From Chitinophagales bacterium (GTDB taxonomy: Bacteria > Bacteroidota > Bacteroidia > Chitinophagales > JAUHXS01): DNA of 64,000 bases. Below, piece after piece: positions 20,201 through 29,579 of the stretch; position 1 is the first letter of the stretch; each line of letters starts with the position of its first letter. The notes under the pieces were generated by a model, which made no database searches, was not told the origin of the DNA, and saw only the letters and a program-made list of their open reading frames with translations. A program made the position numbers and the translations under genes. The DNA is taken from NCBI GenBank assembly GCA_965213575.1, contig CBDBZN010000006.1, positions 106,297 to 170,296 of the forward strand, given 5' to 3'.

Positions 20201-23200
20201 AATGAAATACAAAAGATTGTAGCGGCTGATAGAACAGCAGACGATAATTTTGGACAAGCCGTAGATGTGGATGGATCATTTGCAATTGTTGGTGCACATA
20301 GAGATGATTATTTCTCAGGTGGATTCAAAACGGATGTAGGATCAGCTTATATCTTTGAAAAAGGGTTAGATGGAACTTGGACTCAAGCCCAGAAATTAAC
20401 TCCTTCTGATGTACCTACAAATACCGATTACTTCGGCTATTCAGTTGCTATTTCAGGAAACTATGCAGTGATAGGAGCTTTTTTAGAAGATGAAGGGGCT
20501 ACAGGCTTTGGAACAGTTAATGATGCGGGTTCGGCTTATGTTTTTGAAAGAGATGTGTTTTCTAATACGTGGAGCCAAACGGCTAAAATTGTGGCTTTTG
20601 ATAGAGCTACAGGTGATTACTTTGGCTCGTCAGTTGATATATATGGCGACTATATAGTAGTTGGAGCTCCGTCAGAAGATGAAGATGCAGGTGGAGGAAA
20701 TACCCTGTCAGGTGCAGGTTCTGTATATATCTTTAAACGATCAGGTGCTAATTGGAACTTTACTACTAAATTAGTTCATTCAGATAGAGATGCAAGTGAT
20801 GGATTTGGTGCTGAATTGTCTTTATTTGCAAACAAATTAATTGTTGGTGTTTCTGGTCAAGATTTGGATGCATCCGGTGGTAACTCTCTGACAAGTGCAG
20901 GTGCAGCATATATTTTTGAACGCGATGGGTTAGACAATTGGAGCGAAATGCAAAAATTGGTAGCTAGTGAGCGTAAAAGCTCTGACTTTTTCGGGGCTTC
21001 GGTAAGCATTTCCGATTCTTTCGCCGTTGTGGGAGCCTCCGGGGAAGATGAAGATGCCAGTGGAGGAAATACATTATCTAGTGCAGGTGCACTATATACT
21101 TTTAAACTAAGTGCTTCCAATGTATGGTCTCAAACTCAAAAACTAGTTGCTTCTGATAGAGCAGCGTTTGATGTATTGGGTAAATCTGTAAAGATTGAAG
21201 GTGATTGGATTCTTGCAGGTGTTCCTTTTGAAGATCACGATACCTCCGGATTAAATCAGTTATCAAGTTCCGGATCTGTATATGTATTCAATAAAGATAT
21301 TTTAGGTGCTTGGAGTGAAACTCAAAAATTAGTTGCATCCGATAGAGCCATTAATGATAATTATGGGTTCCCGGTTGCCATATCCGGTGCCTACTTATTC
21401 TCAGCAGCTAAGTTAGAAGATGAAGATGAAAACGATGCCAATACCAAAACGGATGCGGGCTCAGTTTATATTTTAGGGAGATGCGGAACAGCTTTCTCTT
21501 TCATCAATGAAACGGCATGTAATTTTTATATCAGCCCTTCCGGGAAAAAGTTTAACACTAATGGTATTTATGAAGATACTGTTACCACACAATTAGGTTG
21601 TGATAGTATTATTACAATAACACTAGATATTTTAAATAATACATTCAGCCCTAGCCCAATTACGGTTTCATCTTGTTATCAATATACGTGGCCATTAAAT
21701 GGCTTAACTTATACAACCAGCGGCACGTATAAAACAGCTTTAACAAATAGTATGGGTTGTGATTCTATAATTACTTTAGATTTAACTATAACAAGTGATG
21801 AAATTCCTTTTGAGCAAATAACTAGTTTTTCAGATAGTACAGCGTATGACTACCTCGGTTCATCCGTTGCAATTGATGGTGAATTTATGGTGGCAGGTGC
21901 CCCGGGAGAAGATCAGGATGTCAATGGGAATAATACAATAAATGGAGCAGGGTCTGCCTTCATGTATCAAAAAGGGTTGACAGGGGAATGGGAGTTTGCC
22001 CAAAAGATTGTTGCTTCTGATAGAGCAGCAAATGACGAGTTTGGAACAAGTGTAGATATTCATGGAGATTATATGATCGTGGGTGTTCCATTCGAAGATC
22101 ATGATGAAGCAGGAGGTAGCTTTATGACTTCTGCTGGATCAGCTTATATTTTTGAAAAAGATGGAAGTGGTAATTGGAGTCAAGTGCAAAAGATTGTGTC
22201 GGCTGATAGGGCTATTAATGATCAGTTTGGAATTTCTGTTGCTATCTACGGCAACTATGCTTTTGTTGGGGCAACCGGACAAGGTTATGACGAAAATGGA
22301 GGTAATTTTTTAAGCTTGGCAGGAGCTGCTTACATCTTTGAACGAGATGGAGGGGGTAATTGGACTCAAATCAAAAAGGTAGTTGCTACAGATCGTGTGA
22401 ACAATGATAATTTTGGAGGAGCTATTGATGTATATAAAGACTATGCAATTATAAGTGCAGCCGGACAAGGTTATGACGAAAATGGAGGGAACTTGGTTTT
22501 TGGTGCTGGAGCTGTGTATGCTTATAAATTTGATTCAGAATGGCGAGAATTCCAAAAGATCGTTTCTTCTGAAAGGTTTTTTGGTGACGCTTTCGGAACA
22601 TCTGTATCAATTGCTGGAAACTATTTCGTAGCTAGTGCTAGAGGACAAGATAGGGATGAAAATGGAGGCAATTTTTTAAGCTTGGCAGGAGCTGCCTATA
22701 TTTTTGAATATGATAATACAGGAATATGGAGTGAAATGCAGAAAATTGTGGCTTCCGATAGAGCTGCAAATGATGGATTCGGAAATTCAGTAGCTATTTC
22801 AGGAAACCAAGTGGTGGTGGGTGCCACCAGTGAGGATGAAGATGAAAATGGTAATAATACCTTAAATGCTTCAGGTTCAGCTTATTATTTTGAAACCGAA
22901 GGTACTATTTGGACAGAGAAGAAAAAATTGGTAAGTAACGACCGCGAAATTCAAGATGGATACGGTAGTGCAGTTGCTATATCTGAAGGTACTCTAGCAG
23001 TAGGAGCATCTGGAGATCGGCTGGGATCATTATTGTATGGTGCAGGTGCGGTTTATATATTAGACAGAGTTACTCCTCAAAGTAATATTACTGAAGTAGC
23101 TTGTGGTTCATACACCACTCCTTCCGGTAATCAGACCTATTCAGCTAGCGGTATTTATACAGATATCCTACCAAGTGCATCGGGTTGCGATAGTGTCATT

Positions 23201-26200
23201 ATTATTGACCTTACTATTAATAATAACTCATTTAACACATTAAATGTAGATGCATGCGATAGTTATACAGTTCCTTCCGGAGATGAGACATATACTGCGA
23301 GCGGAACATATATGGATACTATACCTAATGCAGTTGGGTGCGATAGCATACTGACAATCAACTTAAATTACCTGGGTAATAGCTCTTCTTCTTTTGTCTC
23401 TGTTACAGAATGTGATGAGTATATTTTCAATGGAGAAATATATGCGACAACTGGAGTTTATGATATCGTAATTCCTAACTCAGCAGGGTGTGATAGTAAT
23501 ATTACTTTAGATTTAACTATAAACTATAGTAATGCCACCTATGTTGAAGCAGTTAAGGCTGTTGCCTCAGACCGTGCTATCGATGATGAATTTGGGCATT
23601 CCGTAGCAATAAGCGGACAATATGCGGTAGTTGGAGCAAGGTATGAAGACGAGGATGAAAGTGGTAACAATACGCTATCCACCGCTGGGTCAGTATATAT
23701 ATTTAAGCAAGATGTAAACGGAGACTGGAATGAAGTCCAAAAAATAGTCGCTTCTGATCGTGCCACTGGAGATAACTTTGGTCAAGATGTGGCTATTGAT
23801 GGAGACTATATAGTTGTTGGTGCGTCTTTTGAAGGATCGCCTAAACCAGGTGCTGCATATATCTTCCAAAAAGACGGAGGCGGTATTTGGAACGAGGTTC
23901 AAAAACTTCAAGTTTCTGGTGAGTTTAATTATGCTGAATTTGGACATTCGGTAGATATAGATAATGATTTAATAGTAGTGGGTGCGAGATATGCAGGACT
24001 AGACGCTGGAGGTGCCAATTCAATGACCTCTGCAGGTGCTGCTTATGTATTCAAAAGAGATGGTGGTGGTACATGGAGTGAAGTTCAAAAGCTTGTTGCT
24101 TCTGACAGGGCTAATTTTGATAATCTTGGTACAGACGTTACTATATCTCAAGATCGCATAGCAGTTGGTGGACCATTCAATGATTTGGATGAAAATGGTT
24201 TAAATTCATTGTCAAACTCGGGAGGTGTTTATATTTTCGAAGAAGATGGTGGTGGCACATGGACTCAAATTCAAAAAGTAGTGGCTTCTGATAGAGATAA
24301 TGGGGATAACTTTGGATATTCACTTTCGGTAAGTGGTAATACTTTGCTAGTAGGTGCATACAATGAAAAAGAAGATCAGCTAGGAGGTAATACATTGAAT
24401 GCAGCAGGTTCGGCATATATTTTTGAAAGAGATGGCGGAGGCATTTGGGCTCAAACACAAAAGGTTGTAGCTGAAGATAGAGCAAGTAATGACTATTTTG
24501 GTTATAGCGTGAGTATGTCAGGCAGTTTCGGATTAATTGGTGCATACCGAAGTAAGCGTGATGCAGAAGGCTTAAACGCTTTTTCTTCAGCTGGAGCGGC
24601 ATATATTTTTAAGAAAAATATTGATGGTGGATGGTCTCAGTTGGAGAAAGTTGTTCCATCTGATAGAGCTAGTAATGATGAGTTTGCTAAATCAGTTGCC
24701 ATTTCGGGAGCTAATTTTATAGCCGGAGCAAGCTTTGAGGATGAAAATGAAACTGGTACAAGTATGCTCAGTAAAGCAGGCTCTGTTTATTTCTTTGAGC
24801 AAGAATTAATTGCAGTTCCCGTAGCTGTAAGTGCTTGTGAAAGCTATACCGTACCATCAGGAGATGAAACGTATACGGTGAGTGGGATGTATATGGATAC
24901 GATCCAAACTATTTCAGGTTGTGATAGTTTGCTCGTAATTGATGTTACGATCAATAATCATTCTTCTGCTACTATTAATCCATCTGTTTGTGGTAGCTAT
25001 ACTGTTCCATCAGGAGATGAAATTTATACAGTTAGTGGTACCTATAATGATACCATTGCTAATACTGCAGGGTGTGATAGCTTGTTAACGATTAACTTAA
25101 CCATTAATGGCAACAGCTCTTCTACAGAAGATACAACTGTATGTGATAGCTACACTTGGAATGGAGGCACGTATACTGTTTCCGGAACATATTATGACAC
25201 GATTCCTACCGGAGCGGCTTGTGATAGCTTCTTGACATTAAACCTGGTAGTTAATTATAGCAGTTCTTCCACAGAAACAATTACCGCTTGTGATAGCTAT
25301 ATGTGGAATGGAATGACTTTTAACTCATCCGGAACTTATAGAGATACTATTCCAAATGGAGTGAATTGTGATAGCTTTATGACATTAAATCTGACGATTA
25401 ACAATAGCACCTCAGCTTCAATTAGTCCTACTGCTTGTGAATCTTATACCGTTCCATCAGGAGATGAAACTTATTCGGTAAGCGGAATGTATTCTGATAC
25501 GATACCTAATGCTGCAAACTGTGATAGTATTATTACGATTAATCTTACTATAAACAATAACAGTTCCTCATCAGAGACAGAAACCGCTTGTGAAAGTTAT
25601 ATATGGAATGGCATGACTTTCACCTCAAGTGGGACTTATTTTGACACCATACCGAATACTATTAGTTGCGATAGTTTTATGACGTTGAATCTGACGATTA
25701 ATAATAATAGTTCTTCGACTGAAACGGTTTCTGCTTGCGGAAATTATGATTGGAACGGAACAAACTATACTGTAAGTGGTGTGTATCGAGATACGATACC
25801 GAATGCTATAAACTGTGATAGTTTCATGACACTAAACTTAACGATAAGTGATATCACGACAGCTACCATTAGTCCAGCCGCTTGTGAAACATACACTGTT
25901 CCTTCCGGTGATGAAACATATATAGTTAGTGGTAACTATATGGACACGATTCTTAATGTTGGAGGATGTGATAGTATTATCACCATTAACTTGACGATTA
26001 ATAATCATACTTCTGCAACGCTTAATGAAAGTGTATGTAACATCTATACCGTTCCTTCCGGCGATGAAACATATACGATGGATGGAACTTACTTGGATAC
26101 CATAGCAAATACTGCAGGTTGTGATAGTATCTTAACGATCAACTTAACCATACTGGGAACGAGTTCTTCGACAGAAGATACGATGGTTTGTGATAGTTAT

Positions 26201-27580
26201 ATTTGGAATGGGAATACCTATACCGTTTCCGGTACTTATTACGATACCATCCCGACAGGAGCGGCTTGTGATAGCTTCTTGACATTGAACTTAGTAGTAA
26301 ATAATTCTACTAATGATACGGTTGAAGTGGTTGTTTGTCCGGGAACGGATTATGTATTACCGGGAGGAGCAACTGTAAATACAGCAGGTTTCTATAGAGA
26401 TACATTGATGACGGCTAGTAACTGTGATAGTATTATCAATACAGACTTTAAATTTGCTCCAATATATGATGAAGATGTTGATGCTGCTATTTGTCAAGGT
26501 GAAAGTTATACCTTGCCAAGTGGATTAGTCGTAAACACAGGAGGGGTTTATCGTGATACGTTATTGACGAATAATAATTGCGATAGCATCACCAATACTA
26601 CGTTGATTGTGAACCCAACTTATATCATTAATATTTCTGATACTGTTTGTCAAGGGCAAGGGTATGAGCTGCCGAGAGGAGAGGTTGTGTTTATTGATAG
26701 TATTTATACTGATACATTAATGACTGAAGCAGGTTGTGATAGTATCATTATTGTAGATCTTAGTGTAGACTCATCCGGATTGGTTACGAGTGAATTTATG
26801 TCATTCTGTGAAGGTGAAACCTACACATTACCATGGGGAGACGTAATTGATTCAGCAGGTATCTTTATTGATCCGACTATTGTGGGTTGTGATACCTTTA
26901 CCCAATATGTAGTTACTGTTAATCCGGTGTATAACATCATCGATTTTATTGTCATCTGTGCAGGTGACAGTATTGAATTGTTTGGTGAGTTTGTTTCAAA
27001 GCCTGATATTTATGAGGCTTCATTTACTACTTCAGATGGGTGCGATAGTAATATAACGATTGAAGTAATATATGATAATTTCGCTGGAGCTGATCAGGCC
27101 CTTACGATCTGCGACACCTTTACTAATTTCGATCTTTCGACAGTAATTACTGCTGATGCCGATACCAATGGTATTTGGATTGATGTAAATGGTACAGGAG
27201 CAATTAGCGGATCTATGTTTGATGCTTCAGGAGTTACAGCCGGGACTTATACAGTTAAATATGCGACGCCTGCCACAGGAAGTTGTGAGAATGATACGGC
27301 TACCTTTACAGTAACTGTTCAGCCTTGTCTAAATTCCGGTATTGTTGCTGTTGAAATACCAAATATTGAGGTATTCCCTAATCCTGCTAAAGACAAGCTG
27401 AATATTAAAAGTAATACTCAGATGAATATCCTTTCAGTATATAATACGTTAGGTCAGCTTTATCTGGAATACAATGCAGTTCCACGTACGTTAGATGTAT
27501 CTAATTGGATTCCGGGAGTGTATTTTATAGAAATAACTCATGCTTCAGGTGTTCAGCAGATTAAGGTTGTAAAACATTAG
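17252..27580 (+). CDS. Giant FG-GAP multi-propeller surface protein with Cys-pair stalk repeats and T9SS type A CTD (body of frameshifted gene)
   Basis: Many FG.SVAI.G...VGA...GSAYIFE blades in four clusters, one different propeller, ~24 C..Y...G.Y.DT....GCDS units, C-terminal VFPNPA...GVYFI. Confidence 0.9.
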   Translation: MKKNHFNEWQLAEFLRPSNLSADDRFGAQVAISGDYAVVTAPEHSKDASGNNSLNDAGAAYIYERDGTGDWNMVQKIVASDRASGEFFGEALALDGDRIIIGSYLADAVYIFERNGSGVWIEEQILLSNDIVGGDFFGFSVAINGDFAVVGASRENATLSGFSSVSSAGSAYIFERNGSGVWNQIQKIVASDRELNDEFGTSVAIDGDYLIVGATQEDHNTAGLDFRNRAGSAYIFEKDGSGTWNEVQKVTEFLRAAGSEFGHSVSLKGDRVIVTEASLYAGASVFERDGSDNWNYQEKLINEGYTYNDASQSPVALSSEGMAIVGINLEGEDEFSNRTFEGAAYIYTYCEPTSSTINLTVCEPYLAPSQTQTFTVSGNYTDVIPNTRGCDSTISINLIVNQNPPTINPAGPLVICSGINETLSIPAVGGASYCYFKNEQWDNVGSSVSSGVGQYTTLTFDVNDIPYVVFRDEDENFTPSVKKFDGNNWVFVGAPRSIEINPIGNDLDMAISQSNTPYVTYRAGFSSGLYRATVKRFDGTDWIKIGSNEASTGEVRDVNIAFGEYETPYIAYKDVDNGDKATVMKYEAGFWEPVGNIAFSSGSITGLSLVVNNNNVPYVAFSDDNNSNKATVMKYNGTTWVNVGAAGFTSGASYVNKLALNNSGTLHMASYDVANGNKATVYKFNGSSWVTVGTAGFSAGMANDIDFGINEADELYVAYRDNANSNKLTVMTYDGIDWVPAGDIAFSEGDVNTPSIAFGAYNKPYVAYRNLANGNKISVEKIEPVCIGNSNSLVINTTGTYNVEVTASDGCISYAANSVTVTNGTNTTATISPTVCESYTVPSGDETYNISGNYTDTILNTSGCDSVLTINLTILNSSSATLNIDTCAASYTVPSGDKTYTVNGTYSDTISNAVGCDSILTINLTINNNSFTNQYETTVDSFMWSSNGITYYESGVYTNVLPNSVGCDSVITLYLTIEEESFYNEIQKIVAADRTADDNFGQAVDVDGSFAIVGAHRDDYFSGGFKTDVGSAYIFEKGLDGTWTQAQKLTPSDVPTNTDYFGYSVAISGNYAVIGAFLEDEGATGFGTVNDAGSAYVFERDVFSNTWSQTAKIVAFDRATGDYFGSSVDIYGDYIVVGAPSEDEDAGGGNTLSGAGSVYIFKRSGANWNFTTKLVHSDRDASDGFGAELSLFANKLIVGVSGQDLDASGGNSLTSAGAAYIFERDGLDNWSEMQKLVASERKSSDFFGASVSISDSFAVVGASGEDEDASGGNTLSSAGALYTFKLSASNVWSQTQKLVASDRAAFDVLGKSVKIEGDWILAGVPFEDHDTSGLNQLSSSGSVYVFNKDILGAWSETQKLVASDRAINDNYGFPVAISGAYLFSAAKLEDEDENDANTKTDAGSVYILGRCGTAFSFINETACNFYISPSGKKFNTNGIYEDTVTTQLGCDSIITITLDILNNTFSPSPITVSSCYQYTWPLNGLTYTTSGTYKTALTNSMGCDSIITLDLTITSDEIPFEQITSFSDSTAYDYLGSSVAIDGEFMVAGAPGEDQDVNGNNTINGAGSAFMYQKGLTGEWEFAQKIVASDRAANDEFGTSVDIHGDYMIVGVPFEDHDEAGGSFMTSAGSAYIFEKDGSGNWSQVQKIVSADRAINDQFGISVAIYGNYAFVGATGQGYDENGGNFLSLAGAAYIFERDGGGNWTQIKKVVATDRVNNDNFGGAIDVYKDYAIISAAGQGYDENGGNLVFGAGAVYAYKFDSEWREFQKIVSSERFFGDAFGTSVSIAGNYFVASARGQDRDENGGNFLSLAGAAYIFEYDNTGIWSEMQKIVASDRAANDGFGNSVAISGNQVVVGATSEDEDENGNNTLNASGSAYYFETEGTIWTEKKKLVSNDREIQDGYGSAVAISEGTLAVGASGDRLGSLLYGAGAVYILDRVTPQSNITEVACGSYTTPSGNQTYSASGIYTDILPSASGCDSVIIIDLTINNNSFNTLNVDACDSYTVPSGDETYTASGTYMDTIPNAVGCDSILTINLNYLGNSSSSFVSVTECDEYIFNGEIYATTGVYDIVIPNSAGCDSNITLDLTINYSNATYVEAVKAVASDRAIDDEFGHSVAISGQYAVVGARYEDEDESGNNTLSTAGSVYIFKQDVNGDWNEVQKIVASDRATGDNFGQDVAIDGDYIVVGASFEGSPKPGAAYIFQKDGGGIWNEVQKLQVSGEFNYAEFGHSVDIDNDLIVVGARYAGLDAGGANSMTSAGAAYVFKRDGGGTWSEVQKLVASDRANFDNLGTDVTISQDRIAVGGPFNDLDENGLNSLSNSGGVYIFEEDGGGTWTQIQKVVASDRDNGDNFGYSLSVSGNTLLVGAYNEKEDQLGGNTLNAAGSAYIFERDGGGIWAQTQKVVAEDRASNDYFGYSVSMSGSFGLIGAYRSKRDAEGLNAFSSAGAAYIFKKNIDGGWSQLEKVVPSDRASNDEFAKSVAISGANFIAGASFEDENETGTSMLSKAGSVYFFEQELIAVPVAVSACESYTVPSGDETYTVSGMYMDTIQTISGCDSLLVIDVTINNHSSATINPSVCGSYTVPSGDEIYTVSGTYNDTIANTAGCDSLLTINLTINGNSSSTEDTTVCDSYTWNGGTYTVSGTYYDTIPTGAACDSFLTLNLVVNYSSSSTETITACDSYMWNGMTFNSSGTYRDTIPNGVNCDSFMTLNLTINNSTSASISPTACESYTVPSGDETYSVSGMYSDTIPNAANCDSIITINLTINNNSSSSETETACESYIWNGMTFTSSGTYFDTIPNTISCDSFMTLNLTINNNSSSTETVSACGNYDWNGTNYTVSGVYRDTIPNAINCDSFMTLNLTISDITTATISPAACETYTVPSGDETYIVSGNYMDTILNVGGCDSIITINLTINNHTSATLNESVCNIYTVPSGDETYTMDGTYLDTIANTAGCDSILTINLTILGTSSSTEDTMVCDSYIWNGNTYTVSGTYYDTIPTGAACDSFLTLNLVVNNSTNDTVEVVVCPGTDYVLPGGATVNTAGFYRDTLMTASNCDSIINTDFKFAPIYDEDVDAAICQGESYTLPSGLVVNTGGVYRDTLLTNNNCDSITNTTLIVNPTYIINISDTVCQGQGYELPRGEVVFIDSIYTDTLMTEAGCDSIIIVDLSVDSSGLVTSEFMSFCEGETYTLPWGDVIDSAGIFIDPTIVGCDTFTQYVVTVNPVYNIIDFIVICAGDSIELFGEFVSKPDIYEASFTTSDGCDSNITIEVIYDNFAGADQALTICDTFTNFDLSTVITADADTNGIWIDVNGTGAISGSMFDASGVTAGTYTVKYATPATGSCENDTATFTVTVQPCLNSGIVAVEIPNIEVFPNPAKDKLNIKSNTQMNILSVYNTLGQLYLEYNAVPRTLDVSNWIPGVYFIEITHASGVQQIKVVKH

Positions 27581-27602
27581 TTTAGTACACACACAAACTA
27601 CG

Positions 27603-27631
27603 AAGCCTCTTAGATTTCTAAGGGGCTTTTT
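27603..27631 (+). terminator. Rho-independent terminator
   Basis: AAGCCTCTTAGA-TT-TCTAAGGGGCTT followed by T run. Confidence 0.8.
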
Positions 27632-27692
27632 GGTTTTATAAGCTCCAATCAATAGGTGCTTTTCCTTGTTTTATTAGCAATTCGTTAGTTTT

Positions 27693-27717
27693 AAGATCTG
27701 CCGATAGAAGAAGGTAC
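27693..27717 (+). repeat. Right copy of 25-bp direct repeat
   Basis: AAGATCTGCCGATAGAagAAGGTAC, 23/25 identical to 14299-14323. Confidence 0.75.
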
Positions 27718-27820
27718 CTTGAATAGTTTATATCAGATCAAGTTGGACTTTATATGAACTAGTCATAGTCGACAAGGATTTAAATACTTGCATTATCCTA
27801 TTGCGAATCAGTTAATTAAC

Positions 27821-29212
27821 TTATTCATTATCCACCGGTTCAGCAGCAGGCTCTTCTTCAAGAGATTTTTTATCGTATTTACGTTTATTAGTGCTCTTGC
27901 CACCATCCATTTTCGGGTCAAATAGTCCCATTTCCGGCTTACGTTTGCTTCTTTTCCTTACTTTATTAGCTTTATAACCAAATATTTCTTTTTTACCTGT
28001 ATTATTTGATACTTTATAAGACTGTCCGGCTGTTTCATATTCCTTTGCTGTTCTAGCATCTACTTCCGTTGGTTCCATATTTCTCATATTCACAGGATCT
28101 CCAAAAATGCCACCCTTTTTATTTCTACTGACTTTGTAAGATTGTCCGCTCGTCTCGTATTCTTTCGCAACACTAGCTTTAACTTGTGTCGGCTGTCTAT
28201 TGTTTCCACTAACATCTACACCGAAAATTCCTTTCTTTTGTTGTTTGTCAACCTTATAGGATTGCCCGGCTGTTTCGTATTGCTTAGCAATACTTGCTGA
28301 TACTTTGCCGGGTTTTGTGGGAGCAGTATTACCCGTTTCTCCAAAAATCCCTTGTTTTCCTACACCGGTAGTATAATAAGATTGAGTGGAAGTTTCATAT
28401 TCTTTAGCAGTAGACTTTTTAACTGTATTTGGCGTTCTATCTATAGGCTTATTACTTTCTCCAAAAATTCCCTTTTTACTGGCCTCATTTACATAATAGG
28501 ATTGCCCTCCGCCTTCATACTCTTTTGCTATTTTTGCATCAACTTTATTAGGCGTAGTATTTACCTTGCCGGCATGTTCACCAAAAATCCCTTGCTTTTT
28601 TATTTCTTTTACATGATAAGATTGGCTTGCTGTTTCATATTGTTTCGCCACCTTCGCAGCTATCGTCGGAGGGTCTTTATCAGGATTTTTGACTTCTACG
28701 CCGAAGATGCCACTTTTTTTAGCCTTTTCTACTTTATAAGATTGAGTACTTGTTTCATATTTTTTTGCAATAGAGGGATTTATCTCACCGCCTTCAACCT
28801 CAACCTTTCCTATGTTGCCAAAAATCCCTTGCTTTAGTTCTTTTTCAACTTTATAAGACTGTCCGGCTGTTTCATGCTCTTTCGCAACTTTCGCTTTAAC
28901 TGGTACCGGTTCCATATAAGGATATTTGACTTGTGAACCGAAAATTCCATTTTTTTCTGCAGGCTTAGCTTTAAAAGATTGAGTGGAAGTTTCATGCTCT
29001 TTTGCAGTGCTTGCATTAGTTTTGGTAGGATTTTTAATGCCGGTTGGGTTAAAGGTTTTTAATTTGGCCGGTTTAGTGCCCGTTTTTATCTTTGAGCCTT
29101 TATCTCTATTCGTACTGTTAGGAATTGGATTTTGATCTACCTGAGCAAATATCAAACATGAAAGAGCTGTATAGAATAGGAAAAATATAATTAAAAGGTA
29201 TTTTTTACTCAT
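27821..29212 (-). CDS. Exported Lys-rich protein with nine ~40-aa tandem repeats
   Basis: Signal peptide (cleavage near IFA-Q); repeat AK.YET..QSY.V.....K.GIFG........P..V.A..; 120-nt periodicity visible in DNA. Confidence 0.85.
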   Translation of the reverse strand: MSKKYLLIIFFLFYTALSCLIFAQVDQNPIPNSTNRDKGSKIKTGTKPAKLKTFNPTGIKNPTKTNASTAKEHETSTQSFKAKPAEKNGIFGSQVKYPYMEPVPVKAKVAKEHETAGQSYKVEKELKQGIFGNIGKVEVEGGEINPSIAKKYETSTQSYKVEKAKKSGIFGVEVKNPDKDPPTIAAKVAKQYETASQSYHVKEIKKQGIFGEHAGKVNTTPNKVDAKIAKEYEGGGQSYYVNEASKKGIFGESNKPIDRTPNTVKKSTAKEYETSTQSYYTTGVGKQGIFGETGNTAPTKPGKVSASIAKQYETAGQSYKVDKQQKKGIFGVDVSGNNRQPTQVKASVAKEYETSGQSYKVSRNKKGGIFGDPVNMRNMEPTEVDARTAKEYETAGQSYKVSNNTGKKEIFGYKANKVRKRSKRKPEMGLFDPKMDGGKSTNKRKYDKKSLEEEPAAEPVDNE

Positions 29213-29500
29213 GACTTACAGCCTAAAATAAGGTTTTTTAAACAATATTACAATTTTATGTTTCGAGCGCCTTAGTATATAATTTTTCTTGTAAAACTTT
29301 ATGTATTTACATTATATTAAAATATTGTTGTGTCAATTAGCTACAACACATGCTATGTGTGGATTTCAGTTGAAAATGTTAATAAAAAAATCTTATAAAT
29401 TTAATGCATTGCAACTCGCTGATATATAGTATGTTATAAATTACTTATATTTAAAAAACATCCACACTCCTCGCTAACTGGGCCTTTCAAGAAAAAAAAA

Positions 29501-29531
29501 TTTGCATTTTTACAAAAACATGCTAAATTTG
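29501..29531 (+). promoter_or_regulatory. Canonical Bacteroidota promoter of HU gene
   Basis: TTTG-N19-TAAATTTG. Confidence 0.7.
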
Positions 29532-29579
29532 CTACAGTTATTTAAAAACTATTTATTAACAATTAAAAATTAATTAGTT

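Noticed and set aside
28352-28837. 161-aa hydrophobic plus-strand ORF
   Set aside because: Antisense shadow of the Lys-rich repeat gene
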